Shown here piece by piece: positions 1 to 10,052 of a stretch of DNA of 63,518 bases (positions are counted from its first letter, which is position 1; each line of letters starts with the position of its first letter). The stretch lies in contig JBBAUO010000021.1 of the NCBI GenBank assembly GCA_040398185.1, positions 1 through 63,518 on the forward strand. Reading direction: 5' to 3'. A program made the position numbers and the translations under genes. The DNA is from Microcystaceae cyanobacterium. GTDB taxonomy: Bacteria; Cyanobacteriota; Cyanobacteriia; Cyanobacteriales; Microcystaceae. The notes beneath the pieces are model-generated. The model was not told the DNA's origin, made no database searches, and saw only the letters and a list, made by a program, of their open reading frames with translations.

Positions 1-227
1 GTTCTTCTTCTGACTCTATCTCCCTAGCTGCCTGACCACCCCCTGAACGCTTACTCGGTAGGTGTGACCCATTGTTTTGTAGCGCTGGCAGAATTTAGCC
101 AAATGGGTATAGATTATCTAGCAGGGATAGCTGTTACCGCAAAAGAAGCCCTCAGACAAACCATAGCCGAAGGAGGTGGGGTGAGGATTTTTGAAACCAG
201 AGTACAGTATCGTTGTCTTAAACTTTA

Positions 228-1049
228 ATGGATATAAATATGGGGACAAAGGATCGACCTGTAAATATTTTGGTTAGTAATGATGATGGCATCTCGGCAC
301 TCGGGATTAGGACCTTGGCTAATACCCTCGCTAAAGCTGGTTATCAGATTACAGTGGTTTGTCCGGATGGAGAGCGCTCCGCTACGGGCCATGGACTAAC
401 CTTACACCAACCCATCTGGGCGGAAATTGTGGAAGGAGTTTTTCATCCCCAGGTGACGGCTTGGAGTTGCTCCGGCACCCCGGCTGACTGTGTGAAATTT
501 GCCCTAAGTGCGGTTTTAGAGCATCGTCCCGACTTTGTAATCTCAGGTATTAATCATGGCTCCAATTTGGGAACTGATGTCCTCTATTCAGGGACAGTTT
601 CGGCGGCCATGGAGGGAACAATTGACGGCATCCCCAGTGTAGCCATTAGTTTAGCCAGTTTTACCGAAAAGAACTTCCAACCGGCGGCGGATTTTGCCCT
701 AACCCTGGTCAATAAAATGAAAGAAACTCCCCTTCCCCAAGCAACTTTACTCAATGTCAATGTGCCCCCAGGTCCGATCGCCGGGGTCAAGATTACTCGC
801 CAAGGACTGCGCCGCTATACCGAAAAATTTGAAAAGCGACTAGATCCTCGGGGAAAAAGCTATTATTGGCTAGTTGGAGAAGTAATCGAAGAAATTGAAC
901 AACCAGATCATATTCATCTACCTTCGCAGATTATCACCGATGTCCAAGCCATTCGTGAAAATTTGATCACCGTTACCCCTTTGCAATATAACCTCAGTGA
1001 TGTAGTGGGACTGGAGTATTTACAGGGGACGGGATGGTTTAACCTTTAA
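228..1049 (+). CDS. surE: 5'/3'-nucleotidase SurE
   Basis: N-terminal '[18 protein letters not shown]' and '[18 protein letters not shown]' are SurE hallmarks. Length 273 aa. Alternative in-frame ATG at 240. Confidence 0.9.
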   Translation: MDINMGTKDRPVNILVSNDDGISALGIRTLANTLAKAGYQITVVCPDGERSATGHGLTLHQPIWAEIVEGVFHPQVTAWSCSGTPADCVKFALSAVLEHRPDFVISGINHGSNLGTDVLYSGTVSAAMEGTIDGIPSVAISLASFTEKNFQPAADFALTLVNKMKETPLPQATLLNVNVPPGPIAGVKITRQGLRRYTEKFEKRLDPRGKSYYWLVGEVIEEIEQPDHIHLPSQIITDVQAIRENLITVTPLQYNLSDVVGLEYLQGTGWFNL

Positions 1050-1149
1050 AAATTAAGAAAATCAGGGTCAACAATCGTGATATTCTGATCCAATCAATTT
1101 AAAATTTTTTTTGATTGACTCGGAAACACGCGCTTATTGATTTAACCCC

Positions 1150-1743
1150 ATGTCCTCATCTAAACTTAATCCAGACAGTAACTTTGATGAAGCTGAAAGA
1201 ATTGTCCTCCAAGATGAACAAGGGCGATCGCTAGAATGCTACATCGAAAATACCCTAGAAACTGATGACTTCGTTTATCTTTTGCTCACCCCTGTGGATA
1301 CCCCGGTCGTTATCCTTGCCTTTGATGATGACGAAGATGGTGACGAGGACGTTTCTGATGACGCGCTGATCCTCGAAGACAGCAAGGAAATAGACCCGGT
1401 TTTTGCCGATGCTAAGGCTGTTTTAAGCGAACAAAACCTAACGCTCCAGTACACGGCCTATAGTCTGACGGTGAGTGGGGAACTGCCCCCCATTGAAGAC
1501 GAAAGCATTCTCAGTCTAGAATTAGAATCCGACGAGGATGAGGAATCCGAAGAAACCGAAGAACTACAGTATTTGGCTAGTTTTTATTCTCAGGATCAGA
1601 AGTATTCTATTTATACTCCTCTAACGGCTCTCCTCTTCGTGGCCACCTACGATCAATTTGGTCAAGTCAAGTTAGTTTCTCCCGATGAAGAAGATATTCA
1701 GCCCATTCTTGAAGAACTTCTTTTTGAAGAGGGGGAACTGTAG
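1150..1743 (+). CDS. conserved acidic hypothetical protein (DUF1292/DUF3727-like)
   Basis: 197-aa ORF, very acidic (D/E runs), good codon usage, no recognisable catalytic motif. Confidence 0.5.
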   Translation: MSSSKLNPDSNFDEAERIVLQDEQGRSLECYIENTLETDDFVYLLLTPVDTPVVILAFDDDEDGDEDVSDDALILEDSKEIDPVFADAKAVLSEQNLTLQYTAYSLTVSGELPPIEDESILSLELESDEDEESEETEELQYLASFYSQDQKYSIYTPLTALLFVATYDQFGQVKLVSPDEEDIQPILEELLFEEGEL

Positions 1744-1744
1744 T

Positions 1745-2881
1745 TCAAATTTTCCCCAAAAACCCCAAGACGGCTCCCCCAAGGAGCAGCCAAGCAGCAT
1801 TAACTCGGTAACGGATCAGTAGGAGCATAGATAGGAGCATCAACAGAGCTCCTAAGGGATTAAAGGGGGCGAGAAAAGTCTCTTGGGCTAGTTGGTAGGT
1901 GACAACCCCCATCAGGGCTACAGCACTGACATTAACTGCATCTAAAAAAGCCCCCGCCCATTTAGATTGGCGCAAGCGGGGGATAAGGGGATTAAGGAGT
2001 AGAACCCAAAAGAAAGAAGGTAAAAAAATGCCGATCGTCGCCACTATCGCCCCAGGTATTCCTAGGATTAGATAACCTATAAAAGTAGCCGTAGAAAGCA
2101 CAGGGCCTGGGGTAAGTTGGCCTATGGCTATGGCATCTAGGAGTTGTGCTTGGCTTAACCATTGATATTTATCGACCAATTCCCCTTGTAGAAACGCGAC
2201 GAGGACATAACCACTCCCGAATAAAACCGAGCCAACTTTTAAAAAAAATAATCCCAGTTGTACCAGATTCGGTGGGGCGGGATGGGGGGTGGTAGCGGAG
2301 GAAAGGGTAATTAATCCTAGCCAAAGGGCAGAGGAAGAACGAGAGCCTAACCAAATCATGCCCAAACCACCGCCTAGGAGCAAAGCCAATAGTTCGTTCA
2401 TCCCCCCTAGGACTGCTATCCCTACCCCGAAACCAATCAGTAGTAGGGAACGATTTTTGATGGCTTTTTCGGCTAATTTCCAGACCGCTTGGGCAATAAT
2501 TGCCACTACAACGGGCTTAATTCCCCCCAGAAGAGGCGAGATTTCTGGTAAAGAGCCGAAACTTTGGTAAAGATAGGCCAAAAAAGCCGTAATTAAAACC
2601 GCAGGTACAATAAAACTAACTCCTGCTAAGACTAATCCGGCTAATCCCCCATAGATATAGCCAATGTGAATAGCCATTTCTGTGGAATTGGGTCCCGGGA
2701 TCAGATTCGTTGCCCCCACTAAATCCAGAAACTGCGATCGCTCCATCCAACCACGACGGCTCACTACTTCATCCTCCATCATGGCAATATGGGCCGCAGG
2801 TCCACCAAAGCCAATAATACCCAACTTAAGAAAAAGCCGAGTTAAAGTACCGAGAGATTTTTGGTCAGGCCTATTCTCCAT
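1745..2881 (-). CDS. chrA: chromate transporter (CHR family)
   Basis: Polytopic protein with 'GFGGPAAHIAMMEDEVVSRRGWM' and duplicated CHR halves typical of ChrA. Confidence 0.85.
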   Translation of the reverse strand: MENRPDQKSLGTLTRLFLKLGIIGFGGPAAHIAMMEDEVVSRRGWMERSQFLDLVGATNLIPGPNSTEMAIHIGYIYGGLAGLVLAGVSFIVPAVLITAFLAYLYQSFGSLPEISPLLGGIKPVVVAIIAQAVWKLAEKAIKNRSLLLIGFGVGIAVLGGMNELLALLLGGGLGMIWLGSRSSSALWLGLITLSSATTPHPAPPNLVQLGLFFLKVGSVLFGSGYVLVAFLQGELVDKYQWLSQAQLLDAIAIGQLTPGPVLSTATFIGYLILGIPGAIVATIGIFLPSFFWVLLLNPLIPRLRQSKWAGAFLDAVNVSAVALMGVVTYQLAQETFLAPFNPLGALLMLLSMLLLIRYRVNAAWLLLGGAVLGFLGKI

Positions 2882-2919
2882 AGTTCTACAATAGAGTCGG
2901 GACTTATTATCAAATCATC

Positions 2920-3954
2920 ATGACAATTGTAACGACAAACCCCCCCTTACTAGGTCAATCCCTGGAAGAATTAACCCAATGGATTCAGGAACAGGGACAA
3001 CCTAGTTATCGGGGTAAACAACTCTATCAATGGTTATACCAGCAAGGGGCGCACTCTTTGTTAGATATTTCCGTTTTTCCCAAGGCGTGGCGGGAAAATT
3101 TAGCCGATTATCCCCTCGGGCGCTCGGTGATTCACTACTCTAGCACGGCGAATGATCATACCCGTAAGTATCTTTTACAACTTGCGGATGGGTTAATTGT
3201 GGAAGCGGTAGGGATTCCTACCCCTAAACGTCTGACTGTTTGTGTTTCTTCTCAAATTGGCTGTCCGATGAATTGCGACTTTTGTGCCACAGGTAAAGGC
3301 GGATTCACGCGTAATCTGCAAGCCCACGAAATCATTGATCAAGTTTTGACCGTTCAGGAAGACTTTCAACGACGGGTTAGCCATATTGTCTTTATGGGTA
3401 TGGGGGAACCTTTGTTAAATATTGAAGAAGTGGTCAAAGCTATTCATTGTCTTAACAAGGATGTGGGCATCGGCCAGCGTTGTATTACGGTTTCTACGGT
3501 GGGATTGCCCAGAAAAATCCAAGAGTTTGCCCGTCATCATTTACAGGTTACTTTTGCGGTTAGTTTACACGCCTCTAACCAAGCTTTAAGGGAAAAATTA
3601 ATTCCCAGTGCTAGTCATTATTCCCTTAAACAATTGTTAAATGATTGTCGAGATTATGTGAATACTACGGGCAGAAGAGTTACCTTTGAATATGTGCTTT
3701 TAGGAAATGTTAATGATTCCCCAGAACAAGCCACAGAACTTGCCCAACAACTTAAGGGTTTTCAATCCCACGTTAATTTAATTCCCTATAATCCCATTGC
3801 CGATGCCGATTATGAGCGGCCTAATTCCCAACGGATTAATGAGTTTAAACATAGACTGGAACAGGAATATATCGCGGTCAGTGTCCGCTATTCTCGGGGC
3901 TTGGAAGCCGATGCGGCCTGCGGACAATTAAGGGCGAGCAATTCCCGCCCCTAA
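2920..3954 (+). CDS. rlmN: 23S rRNA (adenine2503-C2)-methyltransferase RlmN (radical SAM)
   Basis: '[11 protein letters not shown]' radical-SAM Cys motif, 'GMGEPL', C-terminal 'CGQL'. 344 aa. Confidence 0.9.
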   Translation: MTIVTTNPPLLGQSLEELTQWIQEQGQPSYRGKQLYQWLYQQGAHSLLDISVFPKAWRENLADYPLGRSVIHYSSTANDHTRKYLLQLADGLIVEAVGIPTPKRLTVCVSSQIGCPMNCDFCATGKGGFTRNLQAHEIIDQVLTVQEDFQRRVSHIVFMGMGEPLLNIEEVVKAIHCLNKDVGIGQRCITVSTVGLPRKIQEFARHHLQVTFAVSLHASNQALREKLIPSASHYSLKQLLNDCRDYVNTTGRRVTFEYVLLGNVNDSPEQATELAQQLKGFQSHVNLIPYNPIADADYERPNSQRINEFKHRLEQEYIAVSVRYSRGLEADAACGQLRASNSRP

Positions 3955-3974
3955 CTATTGACATTTAGTTACTA

Positions 3975-5033
3975 TTATGCTAGGACTGCTACCGGTTCAG
4001 GCCAACGACCTACGGCCTTACCAATAACGGAAAGTTCTTGGGTCAGGCGATCGAAACGTTCTGGGGTCAAGGACTGAGGACCATCGGACAAAGCCTTAGC
4101 GGGATTGGGATGGACTTCAATCATCAGAGAATCGGTACCCGCAGCTAAAGCCGCCATAGCCATGAGGGGAACATATTCTGATTTACCCGTACCATGACTG
4201 GGATCGATCATAATCGGTAAATGGGTTAGACTTCTTAAAACAGGAAGCACCGATAAATCTAGGGTATTGCGGGTGTAGGTACCGTCAAAGGTGCGGATTC
4301 CCCGCTCACAGAGAATTACCCTGGAATTGCCCGCAGCCAGCAGGTATTCCGCCGCCATTAACCACTCGTCGATGGTGGCGGCCATTCCCCGTTTTAGGAG
4401 GACAGGTTTATTTTGAGCTCCCACTTTTTTCAAGAGAGAGAAGTTCTGCATATTTCTAGCCCCCACCTGAATAATATCAGCCACTTCCCCTAGTTTATCG
4501 AGATCCGCCGCGTCCATAATTTCGGTAATAATCCCCAACCCCGTCGCTTCCCGAGCCGAGGCCAATAATCCGAGGGCACTCTCTCCATGGCCTTGGAAAG
4601 CATAGGGAGAAGTCCGTGGTTTATAAGCTCCTCCTCTGAGAAATTGAGCACCTGCGGCTTTAACTCGCTGGGCTGTTTCAATGATCATTTCTTCATTTTC
4701 GACTGAGCAGGGACCCGCGACAATGACGACGGGATGAGTTCTACCAAAGGTAACGGGTCCATTGGGGGTGTCTACCACGACATCACTGAACTGCCCATGA
4801 CGGTATTCGATACTGGCGCGTTTGAAGGGTTTTTCCACTCGCAAAACCGTTTCAATCCAGGGACTAACTTCTTGGATTTGCAAGGGATCTCGCTCCGCTG
4901 TTTCTCCGACTAAACCAATGACAACTTTATGTTGACCCACAATTTTCTCAGGGGAGAGCCCCCAACTGGTAAATTCTTCGCTAACTCTTTGAATTTCGAC
5001 TTCCGGAGAACCGACTTTCATAACTACAATCAT
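3975..5033 (-). CDS. aroF: 3-deoxy-7-phosphoheptulonate (DAHP) synthase, type I-beta with N-terminal regulatory domain
   Basis: KDO8P/DAHP synthase (Ibeta) core ('GPCSVE', 'RGGAYKPRTSPYAFQG', 'ERGIRTF') preceded by a ~80-aa ferredoxin-like N-domain. Confidence 0.85.
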   Translation of the reverse strand: MIVVMKVGSPEVEIQRVSEEFTSWGLSPEKIVGQHKVVIGLVGETAERDPLQIQEVSPWIETVLRVEKPFKRASIEYRHGQFSDVVVDTPNGPVTFGRTHPVVIVAGPCSVENEEMIIETAQRVKAAGAQFLRGGAYKPRTSPYAFQGHGESALGLLASAREATGLGIITEIMDAADLDKLGEVADIIQVGARNMQNFSLLKKVGAQNKPVLLKRGMAATIDEWLMAAEYLLAAGNSRVILCERGIRTFDGTYTRNTLDLSVLPVLRSLTHLPIMIDPSHGTGKSEYVPLMAMAALAAGTDSLMIEVHPNPAKALSDGPQSLTPERFDRLTQELSVIGKAVGRWPEPVAVLA

Positions 5034-5084
5034 CTCAATCTTCCTTGAATTTAGATTTAACAGACTGACTAGGGCGGGTTTGAT

Positions 5085-5519
5085 TTAACCATTACGCCAT
5101 GCGGTAACGGTACGCCCAAAATTGACCTTAAATTCTTCCCATCCCCACCAACTTCCGAGACGCTCCTCATCCCAGGAGGCGGAAAAAATTCCATAACTCA
5201 ATCCCAGAAAACCTAGGCCAAATAGACCCAAAGTGGTTATAAAAACTAGGTAAGGGGGAATTTCTAGCCATTTTTGGCTAACAATCCCATAAAAAATAAA
5301 GAAGGATGCCATCCCTAACCCTGTGGGAATACCACAAAATACGGCCATCCTCTTGCCAATCCTTTTACTAACTTCTTCGGGAATAGCTTTGAGACTGGCT
5401 GCTTCCCGTTGGGTTTTGGGCTTAGGCAAATTGGCCGAAGTCGGGCGCCTGGGGTTTTTGGTCTTTTTTTGAGCGGGTTCAAAGGGAAGTCTCTCCCGCC
5501 CTGAAGGTTCAGAAGCCAT
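5085..5519 (-). CDS. PAM68-like photosystem II assembly protein (DUF3464)
   Basis: Basic Pro-rich N-terminus followed by two TM helices ('MAVFCGIPTGLGMASFFIF...'), the typical PAM68 architecture. Confidence 0.6.
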   Translation of the reverse strand: MASEPSGRERLPFEPAQKKTKNPRRPTSANLPKPKTQREAASLKAIPEEVSKRIGKRMAVFCGIPTGLGMASFFIFYGIVSQKWLEIPPYLVFITTLGLFGLGFLGLSYGIFSASWDEERLGSWWGWEEFKVNFGRTVTAWRNG

Positions 5520-5537
5520 AATAATAGAGATTTTGCT

Positions 5538-5807
5538 TTAACGGCGAATACCAAGGCGAGCAATCAAGGCTTGATAGCGAGATTGATCTTTTTTCTGTAT
5601 ATAGGCTAACAAATTTCTCCGACGGCCGATCATTTTCAGCAAACCCCGACGGGAAGAATGATCCTTTGGGTTAGCTTGCAGATGTCCGGTCAGTTGGGTA
5701 ATCCTCTCGGTTAACATCGCTACCTGTAGGTCCGATGAGCCTGTATCGGTTTCGTGGGCTTGGTATTGGGTGATCAGTTCTTGTTTTTTTGGTTGTGTTA
5801 GAGCCAT
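5538..5807 (-). CDS. rpsO: 30S ribosomal protein S15
   Basis: 89 aa. 'TGSSDLQVAMLTERITQLTGHL...HSSRRGLLKMIGRRRNLL' matches S15. Confidence 0.95.
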   Translation of the reverse strand: MALTQPKKQELITQYQAHETDTGSSDLQVAMLTERITQLTGHLQANPKDHSSRRGLLKMIGRRRNLLAYIQKKDQSRYQALIARLGIRR

Positions 5808-5944
5808 GGTCTTTGATGAACAGTGATGATTAAATGCTGCAATCTATGATCATACCATTATTTGACCCAATGGCAAAATAGGCTATCTAAAATGGCCTGC
5901 TTGTTGTAGATTGTATGAGTATCATGGCAATTGAGGAGTAATGA

Positions 5945-6313
5945 ATGACCCTTCAAGAATTTGGCTTATTGCTTATTTCAGTGTTATTAAGCGTTGTTGG
6001 TCAAGTTTTGCTGAAATTTGGAGCATTAAAACTAGGCAAGGTGACGGCGGGCAATTTAGTCGGCCATCTCATGGGAATTGTCACTATCCCCGAATTACTG
6101 CTAGGCTTATTTTTCTACGGGTTAGGGGCGATGGTTTACATTCTCCTGCTAACTAGGGTTAAGTTGAGTGTTGTTGGACCTTCTTCCTCGTTTATTTATA
6201 TTTTCTCGGTTTTGCTGGGCTATTTTATCTTTAAGGAAGCTATCCCTATACAGCGTATTTGGGGACTAGGGCTGATTGTCTTTGGGGTTGTTTTAGTAGT
6301 GTGGCAAAAGTAG
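5945..6313 (+). CDS. small DMT/EamA-like membrane protein (ArnE/ArnF-like 4-TM)
   Basis: 122 aa with four hydrophobic helices. 'GQVLLKFGALK' start resembles ArnE/EamA half-transporters. Confidence 0.5.
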   Translation: MTLQEFGLLLISVLLSVVGQVLLKFGALKLGKVTAGNLVGHLMGIVTIPELLLGLFFYGLGAMVYILLLTRVKLSVVGPSSSFIYIFSVLLGYFIFKEAIPIQRIWGLGLIVFGVVLVVWQK

Positions 6314-6325
6314 AATTACCCTCCT

Positions 6326-7591
6326 CTATTTCCGTTGCCTCCAGGACTCGATAATGGGGACGAGAATAGCGGCAACAATCCCCGCCGCAAAACCATTATT
6401 GTATAGGTTTAAACCTCCGTGTAATACCACTACACTTCGCACAACTGATGAATGGATAAATCCAGCTATAACTCCCCAAAGCCAGCCATACTTTCCGGCA
6501 ATGGGGGCCAGGGTTGTACCAAATAAGGCTGCTAACAACAGGGAGGGATCATGGGCATTTCCCTCTTTACTAAAAGCTCCTAAAGCAATTCCTAGGATTA
6601 TAGGTATAATATTTTTAGGGTGTTTACCAAAAGCAGAAAATCCGACTACAGTAAAAATTCCCCCGATTGTTGGCCCATTGAGATCGCCACCAACTAGCAA
6701 GACATAGAGGGTAACAACTACACCATTAATCCCCATATTAATTAGGGAAGCACCAAATCCTTCTAGAAGGACAAAATCTGTAACAAGTTGACCAGAATAT
6801 TTCCAGATATGCTTGAGTTTTGACCAGGGGGTTTTCTCTAAATAAATGCCCGTAATAATCATGGAAGTAAACATTAAAAATAAATACCAACCCAAGATTT
6901 CATTGTTCCCTGTAGTCCAGATCATTTGTGGCTTGGGAATAATGCCATAGGAATTAAGGAGTGCTACCACTAATGTTCCTACCATGCCAGCAGTAAATCC
7001 CATATTGTATAGATTAAAGCCCTGATGAACTTTTAATAAATGAACCGAAACAGGATGTAAAATAAAACCAATGGCTAAACTGATCAAAATTGCTAGGGGA
7101 ACTTTTATTGCTGAAGGAGATGTTGTACTAAATAGAATCTCCGTCATTATAGGAGCAAGAGCAGTGCCGAAAAAAGCAGGTAAAATTAAATCTTTAAAGC
7201 GTTTTTTTTGAATTTTGCAATATAAAAATACTCCCACAACAATAAACCATATATTTACAATATTTTTTCCAAATAGAGCAAATCCAGCAATGGTAAATAG
7301 ACAGGCAATGGCAACACCATTGATCTCAAGTTTGTAGCAATAAAATATACTGAGGACGATGAGAGTTAATAAACCTGAGTTTACGAAAGCAGCCCCTATC
7401 CCACCAATCCCCATATAATCAGAAATGAGTGTATCAGGGGATGTGAGGACTTTCTGGATTCCCCAAAATATTTCCTTGGGCGTATCTACCAAAAAACCAA
7501 ATATCACCAATGAGCAAGCATAGAGGGCTAAAATTAAATATTTGCCCTTTTCTGAGAGTTTACTTGTGTTTTTAACCTGTAGATAGGGCAT
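6326..7591 (-). CDS. polytopic membrane protein of unknown function
   Basis: 421 aa, ~12 predicted TM helices, AT-rich codon usage relative to neighbours, no HIP1. Confidence 0.5.
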   Translation of the reverse strand: MPYLQVKNTSKLSEKGKYLILALYACSLVIFGFLVDTPKEIFWGIQKVLTSPDTLISDYMGIGGIGAAFVNSGLLTLIVLSIFYCYKLEINGVAIACLFTIAGFALFGKNIVNIWFIVVGVFLYCKIQKKRFKDLILPAFFGTALAPIMTEILFSTTSPSAIKVPLAILISLAIGFILHPVSVHLLKVHQGFNLYNMGFTAGMVGTLVVALLNSYGIIPKPQMIWTTGNNEILGWYLFLMFTSMIITGIYLEKTPWSKLKHIWKYSGQLVTDFVLLEGFGASLINMGINGVVVTLYVLLVGGDLNGPTIGGIFTVVGFSAFGKHPKNIIPIILGIALGAFSKEGNAHDPSLLLAALFGTTLAPIAGKYGWLWGVIAGFIHSSVVRSVVVLHGGLNLYNNGFAAGIVAAILVPIIESWRQRK

Positions 7592-7730
7592 TTTTGGCTA
7601 GGGGCTCGTTTTGATCGGGATCTCTCACCGTTATTGTAAATCTTACCCTAACTACTGGGGCTAATTTAAATAAAGTAATAATAGGAAAATAATTAAAAAC
7701 CTTTAAACCCTCCTGCCCCCTGCCGTATGA

Positions 7731-9227
7731 CTAGGTACTTACATTGAGGGAAGATAAACCCTCGTTATAGATCCGGCGGGCGTAATCCGTCCAGGAACCT
7801 TGGCCCCAGTAACGAAAGCAACTGGTTTGCACCAGTAGGTTATACAAAAGAGCTTCTAGATAATCCGCTCGTTGTGTTACTGAAGGATCTTCTAGGAGGA
7901 GAGGATCATATTTTTCGTGGAACATGGCACTTAGACGGTTCATGGGTGTTAAAACATTTTCATAACCTTGTACCCAAGTAATATGATTAGTCCAAGAAGC
8001 TCCATCTATGTGAAATTGAGCATCGGTAGCTTTCACGTCGGCTATAGCTGCTTCTACAGCTTCTGGGGTAACATTGTCTAGATCAACCCGTTGCCAGATT
8101 TTGTGTTGATTAATAGCCTGACAAGGGGGATAATCCTGGGGATTAATACCGGCTGCTTCGATTAATTCTAAATATTCCGTACCATTAATAGCGACTATTC
8201 CACCCCCCTGTTGACCTATCTCTTGATTAATCCGCACAAAGTCCCGGGGAAATTCATTCATCATTACTCCACCATTCTCCCCATCGGCAATTTGAGTAAC
8301 TAGAGAGGGAATTAAAACATTACCTACTTGTTGTTTCCCCCGTCCTTTGGCCTCAAAATAGGGCTGCATTTGCGCCACCAGTTTTGTATCAGAACCTTGG
8401 GTTTTAACTAAAACAGTAATACTCAGAGTTTCGCCTTGGGAATTACGAGCTACTAAACGATTAGGAATGTATTTCAGGTCCTGGGCTAAACTAGAGCCAT
8501 CTAGATTTTCTACCGTATGCTCTTGTACCATTAACCAGCGATAACCGCATTCCTTGAGGGCTTTAATGTATTCGTACAAGGTATCAGGATGATTAGGAAG
8601 GTGCATTTCTGGGGGAGAAAATCCTTTTACCCGTTTGAGGGCATCGTAGCCAAAAATAGCCGCAAAATGATGTTGCCAAGCTTGGATATGCAGTTTGATA
8701 TCTGGGATAGGAGTTGAGGGTACAACCCCATGACTCCACATAGTTCCTAACCATTCAATATATGGCTGATATTGAGGATCGCAGGTAATACGACGGAGAT
8801 CATTAAGTACATCTTCCCTGCCCATTTGTCGCAGTCCCCAGAGCAAATTTCCCGAATAATCGAGCATAATCCGAGGATTACAACCTTGCGCGACTAAATC
8901 GGGGATAAATTGTCCCATTCGTCCATAGCACCAAGCAAAAACCCCCGCATTGTGGTTATCTCCTTCTCCCGAATGCTCGAACATATATTGCAAATTGCCG
9001 ATTAATTGTCCATTATTTCCTGCGGGAATGGTGGGTTGGTGCATGTGTAGAGCGCAAGCAAAACCCGCTGTGATATTTTCTAAGCGTAGATTGGTGTTTG
9101 CCAAAAAAACAGGCTCATTATAATTGACTATTTCGCTAATATAAGCTTCATATCCGCAAATATTGGGCAAACCCGAAGTTAATTCTCCGAGAATCGGCGG
9201 TTCTTGACGTGGGGAAGTAGCAATCAT
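7731..9227 (-). CDS. glycoside hydrolase family 57 protein
   Basis: 'ALHMHQP' N-terminal motif and overall GH57 layout. 498 aa. Confidence 0.8.
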   Translation of the reverse strand: MIATSPRQEPPILGELTSGLPNICGYEAYISEIVNYNEPVFLANTNLRLENITAGFACALHMHQPTIPAGNNGQLIGNLQYMFEHSGEGDNHNAGVFAWCYGRMGQFIPDLVAQGCNPRIMLDYSGNLLWGLRQMGREDVLNDLRRITCDPQYQPYIEWLGTMWSHGVVPSTPIPDIKLHIQAWQHHFAAIFGYDALKRVKGFSPPEMHLPNHPDTLYEYIKALKECGYRWLMVQEHTVENLDGSSLAQDLKYIPNRLVARNSQGETLSITVLVKTQGSDTKLVAQMQPYFEAKGRGKQQVGNVLIPSLVTQIADGENGGVMMNEFPRDFVRINQEIGQQGGGIVAINGTEYLELIEAAGINPQDYPPCQAINQHKIWQRVDLDNVTPEAVEAAIADVKATDAQFHIDGASWTNHITWVQGYENVLTPMNRLSAMFHEKYDPLLLEDPSVTQRADYLEALLYNLLVQTSCFRYWGQGSWTDYARRIYNEGLSSLNVST

Positions 9228-9282
9228 GGTTCATTCCTTGTAGGGACCTATTAGACCATAGTAGGGGAATCTGGTGTATCCC

Positions 9283-9978
9283 TCAAATTTCTTCTAATTC
9301 TGAATGCAGTTTTTGTAATTGTGGATCTAATTCTTGGGATTTTATCTTAGCCAGTTCCGCCTCAATGGTATCCTCTCCCTCTAGGGCACGAAATTGTTTT
9401 TCTATGGGGTCGATCGTTGCTCCCATTAACTCCGCATTAGTCTCCATCTGCAGGATTTTAGCTTCCATTTGCTCAAAGACCCCAAAGGACCCCCCCGCAT
9501 TAACATCCCCGACTAATTCCTGCAATCTTTGGGAAGCTGCGGCCGATCGCAAACGAGCCACATACAAACTTTTTTTGGCCTTGGCTTCGGTGTATTTCTG
9601 CTCAAGACGGAACAAGTCTTCTTTTAACTTACCGATAATTCCCCTTTGTTGTTCTAGTTGCGCCTGGAACGGACTAATATTCGTGCGGTAGGTTTGCCAT
9701 TTTAGCAAGGCCTCCTTCGCTAAGTCGTCATTTCCCTTAGATACAGCCATTTGAGCGCGATCGTGCCAGTCCTGGGCGATCTTTTGATGTTGGTGGATTT
9801 GCCTTTCTGTTCGCTTTTGGGTAGCGATCGCTTCAGCCAGGGCTGTTCGCATTTTAATGAGCTCTTGCTCCATTTCCGCCACAGCCTGCTCTAATATCTT
9901 TTCCGGATCCTCGGATTCGCTGACTAAACCATTGAATTGTGCGCGAATAACTCGCCCGAAGTTTTCTAACCAGCCCAT
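9283..9978 (-). CDS. pspA: PspA/IM30 family protein (PspA or Vipp1-like)
   Basis: 'MGWLENFGRVIRAQFNGLVSESEDPEKILEQAV...' is the conserved IM30 N-terminus. Coiled-coil throughout. 231 aa, so more PspA-like than Vipp1. Confidence 0.85.
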   Translation of the reverse strand: MGWLENFGRVIRAQFNGLVSESEDPEKILEQAVAEMEQELIKMRTALAEAIATQKRTERQIHQHQKIAQDWHDRAQMAVSKGNDDLAKEALLKWQTYRTNISPFQAQLEQQRGIIGKLKEDLFRLEQKYTEAKAKKSLYVARLRSAAASQRLQELVGDVNAGGSFGVFEQMEAKILQMETNAELMGATIDPIEKQFRALEGEDTIEAELAKIKSQELDPQLQKLHSELEEI

Positions 9979-10052
9979 AATCGTTATCCCTAAACAAAAA
10001 ACTTGTTTGGCAAATCACTTTGATTCTAACTATTTCTGGGGAATAAGCAAAA

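Noticed and set aside
584-790. 68-aa minus-strand ORF inside surE
   Set aside because: Antisense to a well-supported gene, with no motif. The same applies to the other short antisense ORFs in the track (e.g. 2169-2354, 2289-2570, 3193-3384, 4490-4681, 9365-9691, 17462-17737, 20129-20458, 23792-24031, 25655-25984, 41867-42136, 48080-48426)..
5315-5563. 82-aa ORF overlapping the PAM68-like and rpsO genes
   Set aside because: Spans two real genes in another frame. Basic low-complexity translation typical of an out-of-frame artefact.
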